From a virus (Duplodnaviria; Caudoviricetes), in the IMG/VR virus record IMGVR_UViG_3300009159_000086, positions 1 to 55,442 of that record: a stretch of 55,442 bases of DNA, one strand, 5' to 3'. Position numbers and translations under genes: made by a program. The notes under the pieces are model-generated. The model was not told the DNA's origin, searched no databases, and saw only the letters and a list, made by a program, of their open reading frames with translations. Below, one piece after another: positions 43,919-53,021 of this stretch (positions within the stretch are counted from its first letter, which is position 1; every line of letters starts with the position of its first letter).

Positions 43919-46900
43919 GTCTGTTGTAATCGTTCCGCTTGGTAGATTCAGTCCCCCTCATAAGGAGCATGAAAGCTTAGTCAACTCAGTATTGAAGTTG
44001 GCTAAACAAACACATAGTGACGCTAAGATATTCGTTTCGCGCACAGTCGACAAGAAAAAAAACCCACTGACTCCGCAGGAAAAAATTAAGTATCTGAACA
44101 AGATGTTTCCTGGGCATAAAGGTATGTTTGATATGCCTCCTGCGAATAATCCGACGATGATTGGTGCACTTGCCGCTCTATCTGGTAAGTACGAAACAGT
44201 TCATATCGTTCTTGGTGACGACAGAGTTGCAGCAACTGAAACACTAGTCAACAAGTACAACGGAAAAGATTTCACGTTCGACAAGATAGTCGTTCATTCG
44301 CGTCATTCTATCATAAGCACTCGCGTTGGTGATGCAGACGGCGTACACGCCTCAGATATTCGCAAATGGGCTCAACAAGGTGATTTCGATAAGGTTCGTG
44401 AATCTATGTCATCGCATTTATCTGATGCCGACGTAAAGGAGATCATGCACTTGATACAGTCACGTTTAGGAGCTCTTAAGGAATCTACGCTCGACGAAGT
44501 GTTTTCATACTATATCACTGAGTCTGAAGATGAGCCATCTATTTCTATGCCATCTGATGCTGATATGGCTAAGCAAATCGAAGCTATGTCTGATGAAGAG
44601 CTAGATCTACAAGATTCAGATGTGGTTATGTTAGACGTTATCGTAGGTCACGATATCGAAAAAGAAAACGTATCCGAAGCTAAGGTTCTTTCTATACAGA
44701 CTCGTCAGAAACTAGCTCAGCGCATGAAGGGGATGGCAAAGCGTTTGTCTCGTCTTCGTCAAATCAAAGCTAAGACTATGCCTGCGCAACAGCGTTTGCG
44801 TATGCGCGCTCGTAAGGCAGCTATCATGATGCTGCGTAAGCGCGCAACAGGTAAGAAAGATTTACAATATAGTTCACTTTCAAAGTCACAGAGAATTGCA
44901 GTTGACAACGCACTTGTTAATCGTTTTGGTAAGTCGCTCAACTCTGCTGTAGACAAACTATCAAAGAGAATCATGCCAATGATCCGTAAGAAAGCACAAG
45001 CTAATGTAGCAAAAGCCCGTGACGTTAACGAAAGCTTCAATGCTTTTATCTATGAAGATAAGAAGAGCAAAGAAGGAACTGCTGCCGACGTAAAGAGTGA
45101 TATCAAGCAGGCTAAGAAACGCGGCATCTCAGTTTCAGATTGGGAAAAGTCGAAGGCTGATACGGCGCACGATTCTCCGCTGAATATTGATCCCACGAAG
45201 CTAGACAATCTTAGAATTGATCCTACAAAGAACGATCGCACAGCACCTAATCCAGAACAGGGTCATTTGCATCAGAACAGAAAACTGATGCACTATGCTC
45301 GTTCTGTTGACGAAGGTCGTAAGTCTGCTTCTGATAAGGACGCTCGTGACGCAGGTGATACGAACATTATCTATCAAATGCGCAAGACTATTAACTCTCG
45401 CGGTGAACACGAAACTGTTTTCGCTGACGGACATAAGGCGCATATTTCAGTAAACGACGCTAAGAAAATGATTGCTAAGTTCGAAGCATTACGTCTCCCA
45501 GCTGATAAACACAGCTTCACTATTGCTGCAGGTAAAAGCTTAAACTCATTCCGTAGTGTTATGTCACATGGTATTCCTAAGGATAAGCCAAAGATCAGTC
45601 TTGGTGGAAAGCAGTTCAATGAGTTTTATCTAGGCGTTGGTCGTGCTCGTACTGTATCACCGTACGATAGAGACGAGCCACCTGGTACTCGTAACATCGG
45701 CGAAATTGCTAAGGACGAGAATCGCCCAACCGATCCTAATCAAGCACGACCACTAAGTCAGAAATTAGATTTGCTATTGCGTCTTGGTTTGTCTGATCAG
45801 GAAGAACTACAGAAGTATCGTCGTGCTTTGCGTTCTAGTAAGAAACATGCGTTGCAGAGTCCACAGATGCGCGAAGCACTAGCTAATCTGCTTGATAAGC
45901 TTATCGACTTGACAACTAAGGATCCTGCGACGTACTCGCGCGTGCGCTACAACGTAATGAATAAGGAAGCTAATGCGCTTCTTCGTAAGGCGTCAGACTC
46001 TGGTGTTCCTGTAGAAATTATCTACGAAGTGTTTACTCGTGGTTTCGAAGTAAACAATAACATGAACGAAGCGTTTGGTCGTGTTAACTCGTTTATCGCT
46101 GGTGGTAGAGCTGCTGATATGGATAAGGATCTTTCAGAAAAAGTGAAAGAACCAACAGGCGGACTTAAAGATGCTTGCTGGTCTGGTTACACAGCTGTAG
46201 GTATGAAGATGAAAAATGGTCGTAAGGTTCCTAACTGCGTTCCTAAAGAAGAAATGGAAACAGAAGCTAAGTCTAATTGGGATAAGCAAGCAAGATTTGC
46301 AAAGTACGACACGATCTCGAGTCGTGGTAGTCAAAAGAAAGCTTATGTAGATCGTAACTATACTCCTATGAAAACTGATCTTGCTAAAGACGCTGATGCA
46401 GTTAGAAATGCTTTCCTTGCCAAAGGCGGAACAATTCAGAAGATTGAGCCGGGTAAGAAAACTATCAAGTCTTATGTTAAGCCTAAAAAGTACATGACGC
46501 CAAATCAAGCTTCGCGTGTTACGGAAGGTACAGAAGGCGCTAAGGGAACTGATGCTACTAAAAAGCTTTCAGACTATTACAAAAAGAATAAGTCGATTGT
46601 AAAGGCTGACGAATCATACACTGGTTCTGAACCCGTATCGAAGGATAAGAATGATCCTAAGAATCGTTTCGTAGGAACTGACACTATCGTACAGAACTAT
46701 GCTGATGCTACGCCAGGTCAGGGTAAGATCGTTAAGGAAGCTACATATAAAGGTAAGACAGTTCCTTTGAATAAGCCTATGGCGGGTGACGTAAAGAAGT
46801 CAAAGGTTTATGTTGATCCTGATGGTGATGGAAAAGCTAAGAAAGTAAACTTCGGTGATAAGACACTAAGTATTAAGAAAGATCAGCCTGCTCGCAAGAG

Positions 46901-46988
46901 ATCATATTGCGCTCGCTCTAGCGGTCAAGGCAATTTAAGCAATAAGTCGAGCGCAAATTATTGGTCACGCAGAGCGTGGGATTGTTAA
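43911..46988 (+). CDS. Multidomain protein with N-terminal HxGH-type (cytidyltransferase-like) nucleotidyltransferase domain; probable internal head polyprotein
   Basis: GRFSPPHKEH, NPLT...K, VLGDDR, HASDIR; downstream modules separated by xxE motifs; CW.GY...VPNCV and VNFGD...SYCAR...YWS modules. Confidence 0.7.
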   Translation: MNKSVVIVPLGRFSPPHKEHESLVNSVLKLAKQTHSDAKIFVSRTVDKKKNPLTPQEKIKYLNKMFPGHKGMFDMPPANNPTMIGALAALSGKYETVHIVLGDDRVAATETLVNKYNGKDFTFDKIVVHSRHSIISTRVGDADGVHASDIRKWAQQGDFDKVRESMSSHLSDADVKEIMHLIQSRLGALKESTLDEVFSYYITESEDEPSISMPSDADMAKQIEAMSDEELDLQDSDVVMLDVIVGHDIEKENVSEAKVLSIQTRQKLAQRMKGMAKRLSRLRQIKAKTMPAQQRLRMRARKAAIMMLRKRATGKKDLQYSSLSKSQRIAVDNALVNRFGKSLNSAVDKLSKRIMPMIRKKAQANVAKARDVNESFNAFIYEDKKSKEGTAADVKSDIKQAKKRGISVSDWEKSKADTAHDSPLNIDPTKLDNLRIDPTKNDRTAPNPEQGHLHQNRKLMHYARSVDEGRKSASDKDARDAGDTNIIYQMRKTINSRGEHETVFADGHKAHISVNDAKKMIAKFEALRLPADKHSFTIAAGKSLNSFRSVMSHGIPKDKPKISLGGKQFNEFYLGVGRARTVSPYDRDEPPGTRNIGEIAKDENRPTDPNQARPLSQKLDLLLRLGLSDQEELQKYRRALRSSKKHALQSPQMREALANLLDKLIDLTTKDPATYSRVRYNVMNKEANALLRKASDSGVPVEIIYEVFTRGFEVNNNMNEAFGRVNSFIAGGRAADMDKDLSEKVKEPTGGLKDACWSGYTAVGMKMKNGRKVPNCVPKEEMETEAKSNWDKQARFAKYDTISSRGSQKKAYVDRNYTPMKTDLAKDADAVRNAFLAKGGTIQKIEPGKKTIKSYVKPKKYMTPNQASRVTEGTEGAKGTDATKKLSDYYKKNKSIVKADESYTGSEPVSKDKNDPKNRFVGTDTIVQNYADATPGQGKIVKEATYKGKTVPLNKPMAGDVKKSKVYVDPDGDGKAKKVNFGDKTLSIKKDQPARKRSYCARSSGQGNLSNKSSANYWSRRAWDC

Positions 46989-47001
46989 GGAGAACTGAGT
47001 A

Positions 47002-47421
47002 ATGAATGATGAACTGATTACTATTATTGCTTTTGTTGTTGTTGTTTTTGGTATTGGATGGTATGGTATTGGATGGTATTTTTGGCCTAAGCAAAAAGTA
47101 GAAGAACTAAAGCTAGATCCTGTTCCGGAACCAGCTCCAGCTCCTGTTGTTGAGGAAGTAAAGCCTGCTCCAGTTGCATCACTAGAACCAGTTGTTGCTC
47201 CTGAACCAGCTAAAGAAGAAATCAAGGCTAACATTGACGCAAAGACAGAAGAAGCTTTCGTTAAGGCTATGGAAACTGAAGCTAAGGTAGAAGCTCCAGT
47301 AGCTGCACCAAAAGCTAAGAAACCGGCTGCTAAGAAAGAAAAGACTTTCGTTCCTGCTGCTGCTCCTAAGCCAAAGGCACCAGCTAAAAAAGCACCAGCT
47401 AAGAAGGTAACAAAGAAATAA
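47002..47421 (+). CDS. Membrane-anchored Pro/Glu-rich protein with Lys/Ala-rich tail
   Basis: N-terminal TM, PAPVVEE linker, PAKKAPAKK tail; SD AAGGAG. Confidence 0.7.
   Translation: MNDELITIIAFVVVVFGIGWYGIGWYFWPKQKVEELKLDPVPEPAPAPVVEEVKPAPVASLEPVVAPEPAKEEIKANIDAKTEEAFVKAMETEAKVEAPVAAPKAKKPAAKKEKTFVPAAAPKPKAPAKKAPAKKVTKK
47050..47079 (+). repeat. Perfect 15-bp tandem duplication
   Basis: GGTATTGGATGGTAT x2 (GIGWY x2). Confidence 0.85.
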
Positions 47422-47855
47422 TGGAACTCGTAGAAGCACTCAAGAAAGCTCAAGCGACAACTTTTGCGTTGTATCTTAAAGCGCATAATTTTCACTGGAA
47501 CGTAGAAGGTCCTGATTTCGCGCAGTATCATGAGTTTCTGGGTGATTTCTACGCGGAAGTGTTTGGTGCAGTAGATACTATCGCTGAACTCATTCGTACT
47601 CTGGATGCTTATGCTCCTGGATCACTAACACGATTTAAAGAGCTATCGTCTATCGAAGACGAGCTATCTGTTCCCAAGGCTTTAGTTATGATTGCTAGAC
47701 TCAATGGTGATAATCAGCGTCTTCTTGTTGTACTCAACGAAGCGTATCGTATTGCGGAATCGCAGAGTAAATTCGGTATCTCAAATGCGATTCAGGATCG
47801 TATCACTGCGCATGAAAAGCATGGATGGATGCTTCGTTCATTTACTAAGGAATAA
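47421..47855 (+). CDS. dps: Dps/DNA-binding ferritin-like protein
   Basis: KAHNFHWNVEGPDF.QYH, D.IAE.IR, HEK.GWMLRS. Confidence 0.93.
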   Translation: MELVEALKKAQATTFALYLKAHNFHWNVEGPDFAQYHEFLGDFYAEVFGAVDTIAELIRTLDAYAPGSLTRFKELSSIEDELSVPKALVMIARLNGDNQRLLVVLNEAYRIAESQSKFGISNAIQDRITAHEKHGWMLRSFTKE

Positions 47856-47860
47856 TAATC

Positions 47861-48430
47861 ATGGCAAAGATAACGAATAGGATTTTTGTAGACAAGATGG
47901 GCGGTACTTACGCCAACACCTACATCGGTGTTCCTGGTGAAATTTTTTACGACACCGATGGGGCAACTCCTATTCGTTTATCTGACGGTACGACTCCAGG
48001 CGGTATTCCTTTTGGTATTGTTTCTATAAACGAAACATTTAATCCACAGTTCAAAACTGTTGGTGGTAATAATCTAGCCGGAACTGTTAGCACGGGTTCT
48101 TATGTTCTTCAGGGACTTATCTGTCACTTTAGAATTAATGTTAGTTTCGCTGCAACAACAGACTTCGGTTCAGCAAGTCAATATCAATTCACATTGCCAT
48201 TTCCATCAGTTGCAACTGTGACTATTCGCGGCGGTTCTTTACATTGCGTAAATACTTCTTCCATATATCATATTGCAGGAATTACAGATACTGCTGATTC
48301 TACAACTATAATGAAACTGTATTACACTGGAAGCACAACAGACTTGGCTTGGAAATCTTCAACTCCAGTTTCTGCAACAGATACTTCAAGTCACTTTGAT
48401 CTTAGCGGCGCATATCAAATCTATTCATAA
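47861..48430 (+). CDS. Virion fibre-like protein
   Basis: G.PGEIFYD...RLSDG.TPGG N-terminal anchor; FTLPF beta-rich C-terminus. Confidence 0.55.
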   Translation: MAKITNRIFVDKMGGTYANTYIGVPGEIFYDTDGATPIRLSDGTTPGGIPFGIVSINETFNPQFKTVGGNNLAGTVSTGSYVLQGLICHFRINVSFAATTDFGSASQYQFTLPFPSVATVTIRGGSLHCVNTSSIYHIAGITDTADSTTIMKLYYTGSTTDLAWKSSTPVSATDTSSHFDLSGAYQIYS

Positions 48431-48442
48431 TAAGGAATAACA

Positions 48443-48679
48443 ATGACTTATCGTAGCTTAGAAAACACAATTCGTTACGGAGCAGTATCTGAAGAAAAGG
48501 ACTACGAAGGTCAGATGGCTCGAGCGCAGCTACAGATGATTGCACAGCGTGCTACTGCCTTAGCGGAAATGATGAAAGACGATACTCAGCTAGAAGCCTG
48601 GGTTCAAAGCAAGATTACAACAGCTGAAGATTATGTAACAACAGTTCACGACTACATGACCACAAGAAAGGGTAACTAA
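48443..48679 (+). CDS. Conserved hypothetical (probable internal head) protein
   Basis: DYEGQMARAQL...LEAWVQSKIT.AEDY...V.DYM. Confidence 0.65.
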   Translation: MTYRSLENTIRYGAVSEEKDYEGQMARAQLQMIAQRATALAEMMKDDTQLEAWVQSKITTAEDYVTTVHDYMTTRKGN

Positions 48680-48680
48680 A

Positions 48681-49853
48681 ATGTCATCTATTGATAAAAA
48701 GGCATTTGGTATTAGCGATTCGCTAATCAATGCAGTAAACGAAGCACTAAAAGGTGGTCAGGTCAAGCTCGACAAGAACCACAACGGCAAGATTGATGGT
48801 CAAGACTTCAAGATGCTCCGTAAGGAAGAAGTTGTTGACGAAGGCAATCCCGCTAATAAAGAAAAGAAAAATGCTGCTGCAGCTGCTGTTGGTGCTAAGA
48901 ACAAAGATTCTCAGTATCTAACCAGAATTAATCCATCGGTTGCTGATAAGATTCGCGGACGCGAAAAGATGTCAGGCAATGATCGTAAGCAGTTCGAAGA
49001 AGTTCAGGTAGACGAAGCCGGTATGCCTGCATCTGTTATTAAAAGCAAGCAGAACCGTGCTAATATGACTGATAAACAATTTGCTGATTCGCACAAAAAT
49101 CACTCTGATGCAGATCTAAGATCAATGGCTTGGCGTCATGGTCTTGGTAAACCAGGTACGCCAGGACATGATCATTATGTCAATAAGCGCAATAAAGGTT
49201 TGAAAGAAGACGTTGAACAGGTAGACGAACTTTCAACTGACACATATCATAGCGCTGCTAAGAAAGCTGCTAAGAGAGCTATGGGTGATGCTCAGGGTCG
49301 TTCTGGTCCTATCTTCAAGAAGTATGCCGGAATGGCTAATAAGTTCCGCGATAAGGGAATGAGCCAGGAAAAGAAAGAAAAGGCTGTGAAGGAAGAAACT
49401 GACCCAGGTTTCGTAGCCGAAGCCGATAATGCAGTAGCAAAGCAGATTGCTGCTAAGAAAGACACTTTTAAAAAGCAGCTTCAACAAAAAATTGCTGCTA
49501 AGCAAATGAACACAATGCAAGCTAAGGCTAATAAGCGTTTGTCTAACATTCATGCAAGCAACGATAAATGCACTTGTCAAGAAGGCAAGGGAAAGAGCAT
49601 GACTTGTGAGATGCATGGTGATAAAGATAAAGCTATGAAAGGTGGAAAAGAACAGATTATCGTAAATCCTCCTATGCGTGAAGCAGCCGAGCTACCTAAG
49701 AAGGTGATTACTAAGGGACATGAAATTGCTAAGTCTCTTATCAAGCACAAATCAGGTGTAGATAATCCATATGCAGTAGGGATGGCTCAGGCTAAGAAAT
49801 CTGCGAAAATGAAGGCTTATCGTTCTGAAAGAGATAAGAACAAAGAAGACTAA
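48681..49853 (+). CDS. Probable internal head polyprotein with EF-hand-like loop
   Basis: DKNHNGKIDGQD; K-rich modules separated by EEVVDE, EEVQVDE, EDVEQVDE, VKEE. Confidence 0.6.
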   Translation: MSSIDKKAFGISDSLINAVNEALKGGQVKLDKNHNGKIDGQDFKMLRKEEVVDEGNPANKEKKNAAAAAVGAKNKDSQYLTRINPSVADKIRGREKMSGNDRKQFEEVQVDEAGMPASVIKSKQNRANMTDKQFADSHKNHSDADLRSMAWRHGLGKPGTPGHDHYVNKRNKGLKEDVEQVDELSTDTYHSAAKKAAKRAMGDAQGRSGPIFKKYAGMANKFRDKGMSQEKKEKAVKEETDPGFVAEADNAVAKQIAAKKDTFKKQLQQKIAAKQMNTMQAKANKRLSNIHASNDKCTCQEGKGKSMTCEMHGDKDKAMKGGKEQIIVNPPMREAAELPKKVITKGHEIAKSLIKHKSGVDNPYAVGMAQAKKSAKMKAYRSERDKNKED

Positions 49854-49855
49854 TA

Positions 49856-49863
49856 ACTAAATA
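49856..49863 (+). promoter_or_regulatory. Late promoter ACTAAATA
   Basis: Intergenic late-promoter variant. Confidence 0.55.
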
Positions 49864-49918
49864 ATAAACTATATTATGCCGAGTAGTCAGCTAACGAAAA
49901 GCGGAAAGGAAAAGACAA

Positions 49919-50656
49919 ATGGCACTTTGGGGTTTTTCAAGAGAATCAGGTCAGGTAGCATCTGGCGCAAACACAGTAGCAGGCATCGTTAAGGGATATC
50001 GTCCACTTCCACAAGTATCAGGATCTGAAGAACCAGATGTTGGTGGTAATATTCAGAACGCAAATAAGCGCAACGTAATTGCTACAACAGCTGGATGGGT
50101 TCGTCGTGCAAATCGCACAGATACACACGGAAACATTCGTCAGGTTGACGAAATTCTTGTTGCTGCTAATCCAGGAAGTGGATTTAGCTACACATCAAAC
50201 ACATATCTAGGTCGTCCAGATATCTGTGAAATTTTCGTCAAGACAAATGCTAATAACGTAATTTCAGCTAACGTATCAGCTAACCTTTATGTTGTATTCA
50301 ATATGCCTGTTCATCTTCGTGCGTCATCTAACGCTCTGTCGATCAGCATTTCGAATACAGCTGGTGGTAATCATGCTGTTGCTCGTATTGCTGCTTCTGC
50401 AGCTGCTCGCGCAAACGTTGCTAACAACGTTCTTGTGTTTACTATGCCTAAGTTGCAGGGTCGCACAGGATCACTAAAAGCAACTTATCATATCAACGCT
50501 CAGTCGATCTTGGTTACGGGTAATCCGCTCTACAATCCAGAACAGGGAACTACGCACGCTGCTAATCTTGTAATTACAGGAGCAACTGCTAACGCTCTTT
50601 CAAATGGTTGGGGTAATCGTATCACCAATTTCACAGTATCGCCAAAAGGCGTTTAA
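49919..50656 (+). CDS. Virion structural protein
   Basis: MALWG start, AGWVRR...EILVA pattern; A/N/T-rich beta C-terminus. Confidence 0.6.
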   Translation: MALWGFSRESGQVASGANTVAGIVKGYRPLPQVSGSEEPDVGGNIQNANKRNVIATTAGWVRRANRTDTHGNIRQVDEILVAANPGSGFSYTSNTYLGRPDICEIFVKTNANNVISANVSANLYVVFNMPVHLRASSNALSISISNTAGGNHAVARIAASAAARANVANNVLVFTMPKLQGRTGSLKATYHINAQSILVTGNPLYNPEQGTTHAANLVITGATANALSNGWGNRITNFTVSPKGV

Positions 50657-50673
50657 TAGATCGGAGTCGCTAA

Positions 50674-51054
50674 ATGGCTGACAAGAAAGTAACACAACTT
50701 ACAGCATTGACGACGCCAACGGCTCCAGATCTGCTGCTGATCGTTGATGATCCAAACGGAACACCAGTATCGAAGAAAATTACTCTTAAGAGTCTCTTCG
50801 GTGCTGTTACTTCGAATACGGTGTTCAGCGCAAACGTGACTGCTTCTGGCAACAGAGTTCAGCTTGCGTCGAACGTCAACATCACTAAGACTCTTACAGC
50901 TAACACAGTTAAGATTACGTTTGGATCTACTCCAGGTTCAAACAATGCAATTTCTGTCGGTATGGCTGTAGGTGAAATGCGTTTCACTAATACATATTTG
51001 TATATTGCAGTGAACGCGACAACAATCAAGCGAGTAGCACTGGGTACATTTTAA
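50674..51054 (+). CDS. Virion structural protein
   Basis: MADKKVTQLTAL...DLLLIVDD...SKKIT; C-terminal YLYIAV....KRVAL. Confidence 0.65.
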   Translation: MADKKVTQLTALTTPTAPDLLLIVDDPNGTPVSKKITLKSLFGAVTSNTVFSANVTASGNRVQLASNVNITKTLTANTVKITFGSTPGSNNAISVGMAVGEMRFTNTYLYIAVNATTIKRVALGTF

Positions 51055-51389
51055 TGACAACTGAAGTAGCAGCAAGTTATCTCGTAGCAAAAATTGTTTC
51101 AGCCGTCGGAGGGTTGTTCGGTGGTCTATCTATGTTTGCCTTCATGAAACCGCATACTATTATGGATGCAACGATTCGTGGAGGTATATGCACAGGATCA
51201 GCTATTATAGGTGCTCCTGTGTTGTGTCAATTTTTAGAAAAGGTAGAAACAGCAGAATATCTATTATTCTGTGGTGCTGTAATAGGATTCTTAGCATGGG
51301 GCGTGTTATCTATGATAGCACGCTTTTTCATTAAAGCAGAAGCGGCGAACAAAGATATTGTGGAGGCCGCCAAGGAAATTAAAAATTGA
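51054..51389 (+). CDS. Three-TM membrane protein, possible holin
   Basis: Three hydrophobic segments, charged C-terminus; near spanins. Confidence 0.5.
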   Translation: MTTEVAASYLVAKIVSAVGGLFGGLSMFAFMKPHTIMDATIRGGICTGSAIIGAPVLCQFLEKVETAEYLLFCGAVIGFLAWGVLSMIARFFIKAEAANKDIVEAAKEIKN

Positions 51390-51390
51390 A

Positions 51391-51780
51391 ATGAAGGGTA
51401 ATTTGAACGATAATAATTTTTTTCTGTATGCTGCGCGTTATTATATAAATCCTTGTGTTGATGAGCAAGAGTTTCTTGAAGATCTCACTAGAATTAAAAA
51501 TCTTCGTAGGCTATTCGGGCGCTATGAAAAACACGGTGAATTGAAAGATAGACTTATATTAAATCATCTAGTGATTTTGTACAATGTCTTTGATCACAAA
51601 GCGCTCACTCGAATGCTCGTGCTGAAATTGTACGATCATTTACACATATTAAAACCTTTTCTTATGCTGTTAAATTATTGGCCTGAGCGAGTTGAAGATA
51701 TCGGTCCAGAGAACGTAACGATTATATCTAGCGACGTTATCATGGACATGCGGATCGTTGATGTTCTAAGGAAAATCTAA
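51391..51780 (+). CDS. Conserved T4-like phage hypothetical protein
   Basis: NF.LYAA.YY.NP...EF.EDL.R...LK.RLILNHLVILYNVF. Confidence 0.75.
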   Translation: MKGNLNDNNFFLYAARYYINPCVDEQEFLEDLTRIKNLRRLFGRYEKHGELKDRLILNHLVILYNVFDHKALTRMLVLKLYDHLHILKPFLMLLNYWPERVEDIGPENVTIISSDVIMDMRIVDVLRKI

Positions 51781-52184
51781 TGCTCAATGAAATCTCACCC
51801 GAACTAGTCGGTAAAGTAAACAAAGCGCGAGTGATTGGCGGTAAGCCAAGCAAAACTCCTGCTGGTGATAAGACTCGTTCTATTGCTGTTCGTAAGGCTT
51901 GGCTTAAAACTAAAGTCGGAACTGTCAAAGAAGAAGGCGAAGGTGGTCCTGCTAATCATGCTGGTCCCGCCACTAGCACTTCTGACGTTCATTGGAGCAA
52001 GAAACAACCTAAAGTAGGAATGTCTGGCAAGCTTAAGAAGTATGGTCAGCCGATGATATTCAAAGCTATGGTGCGCCGTAAGGCAACGAACGAAGCTACA
52101 GTCTACTATAAAGCATTAAAGAAACGTGTTAAAGCAGTGAGTCGTACAAGCGCAATGGGAGACGGTTCAGACGGGAGTGCGTAA
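51780..52184 (+). CDS. Hypothetical basic protein
   Basis: 134 aa, coupled on both sides (TAATG). Confidence 0.6.
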   Translation: MLNEISPELVGKVNKARVIGGKPSKTPAGDKTRSIAVRKAWLKTKVGTVKEEGEGGPANHAGPATSTSDVHWSKKQPKVGMSGKLKKYGQPMIFKAMVRRKATNEATVYYKALKKRVKAVSRTSAMGDGSDGSA

Positions 52185-52645
52185 TGGGTATAGGAATTAA
52201 AATTGCAATCGCTGCAATCCTATTCTCGATAGTGTCTGGTGGATATTTCTATATTCAAGCACTAGAAGGGAAACTAGAAGCAGCTGCTGAAGTTCAGCAA
52301 CGCCTAGAAGGTGTTATTGATCAGCAGAAAATGGTTCTCGAACAGAATCAAAAAGACATCGAAAAGATGCAAGAACTCAATAGCAGCGTAGCCAAAGTTG
52401 CAGAAGATGCGCAGATCGAAGCTAATGCGTTGCGTAATAAGTTCGGTCGCCTTAGTGGTCTTGTTAAGAATAATCCAGGCGAAGCAGAAATGAGAGTCAA
52501 TCGCGGCACAAAAGATGCGCTGCGCTGCAATGAAATCGTGACAGGTTCACGCTTGACAGCGGACGAAATATCTGGTAAAATTCAAAACAATATATGTCCT
52601 GAACTAATAAAGACTAAGGCTCCTAAAAAGGAGGCAGCGAAATGA
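52184..52645 (+). CDS. Inner-membrane spanin (Rz-like)
   Basis: Single N-terminal TM plus coiled coil; overlaps lipoprotein gene. Confidence 0.7.
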   Translation: MGIGIKIAIAAILFSIVSGGYFYIQALEGKLEAAAEVQQRLEGVIDQQKMVLEQNQKDIEKMQELNSSVAKVAEDAQIEANALRNKFGRLSGLVKNNPGEAEMRVNRGTKDALRCNEIVTGSRLTADEISGKIQNNICPELIKTKAPKKEAAK

Positions 52646-52983
52646 GAATAGCTCTAGTCGCACTCTGTGGTCTTTTCTTGACAGGATGTAACGAAACAGT
52701 TAAGGTATTGGATAAACCTGTGCTTGTTGAAAAAGCCGAACTCATCCTCCCCACAACTCCGCCAGTAGTCCAATCAGAAATGACATGGACTATCATCACG
52801 CCGGAAAATTTCCTACAAAAGATTAAAGAGCTCGAAGGCAAACAAGAAGTGGTCTACTACGCCTTAACAGCCCAGGGCTATCAGAATCTTAGCATGAATA
52901 TCGCTGAGCTGCGTAAGTACATACAGAATCAGAACGCAGTCATAGCAGCCTACAAAGAATATTATAGAAAGAAAGCGAAATAA
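52642..52983 (+). CDS. Outer-membrane spanin lipoprotein (Rz1-like)
   Basis: Lipobox LTGC, Pro-rich linker, Y.NLS.N..EL..YI. Confidence 0.72.
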   Translation: MRIALVALCGLFLTGCNETVKVLDKPVLVEKAELILPTTPPVVQSEMTWTIITPENFLQKIKELEGKQEVVYYALTAQGYQNLSMNIAELRKYIQNQNAVIAAYKEYYRKKAK

Positions 52984-52986
52984 CTC

Positions 52987-53015
52987 TTGACATCCTTCCT
53001 AGGACTTATTATAAT
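52987..53015 (+). promoter_or_regulatory. Perfect sigma70 consensus promoter of g61
   Basis: TTGACA-N17-TATAAT. Confidence 0.85.
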
Positions 53016-53021
53016 GAACCT

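Noticed and set aside
49869-49918. Structured leader (GCCGAGTAGTCAGCTAACGAAAAGCGG)
   Set aside because: Only 3-bp stems and no second copy or covariation to support it.
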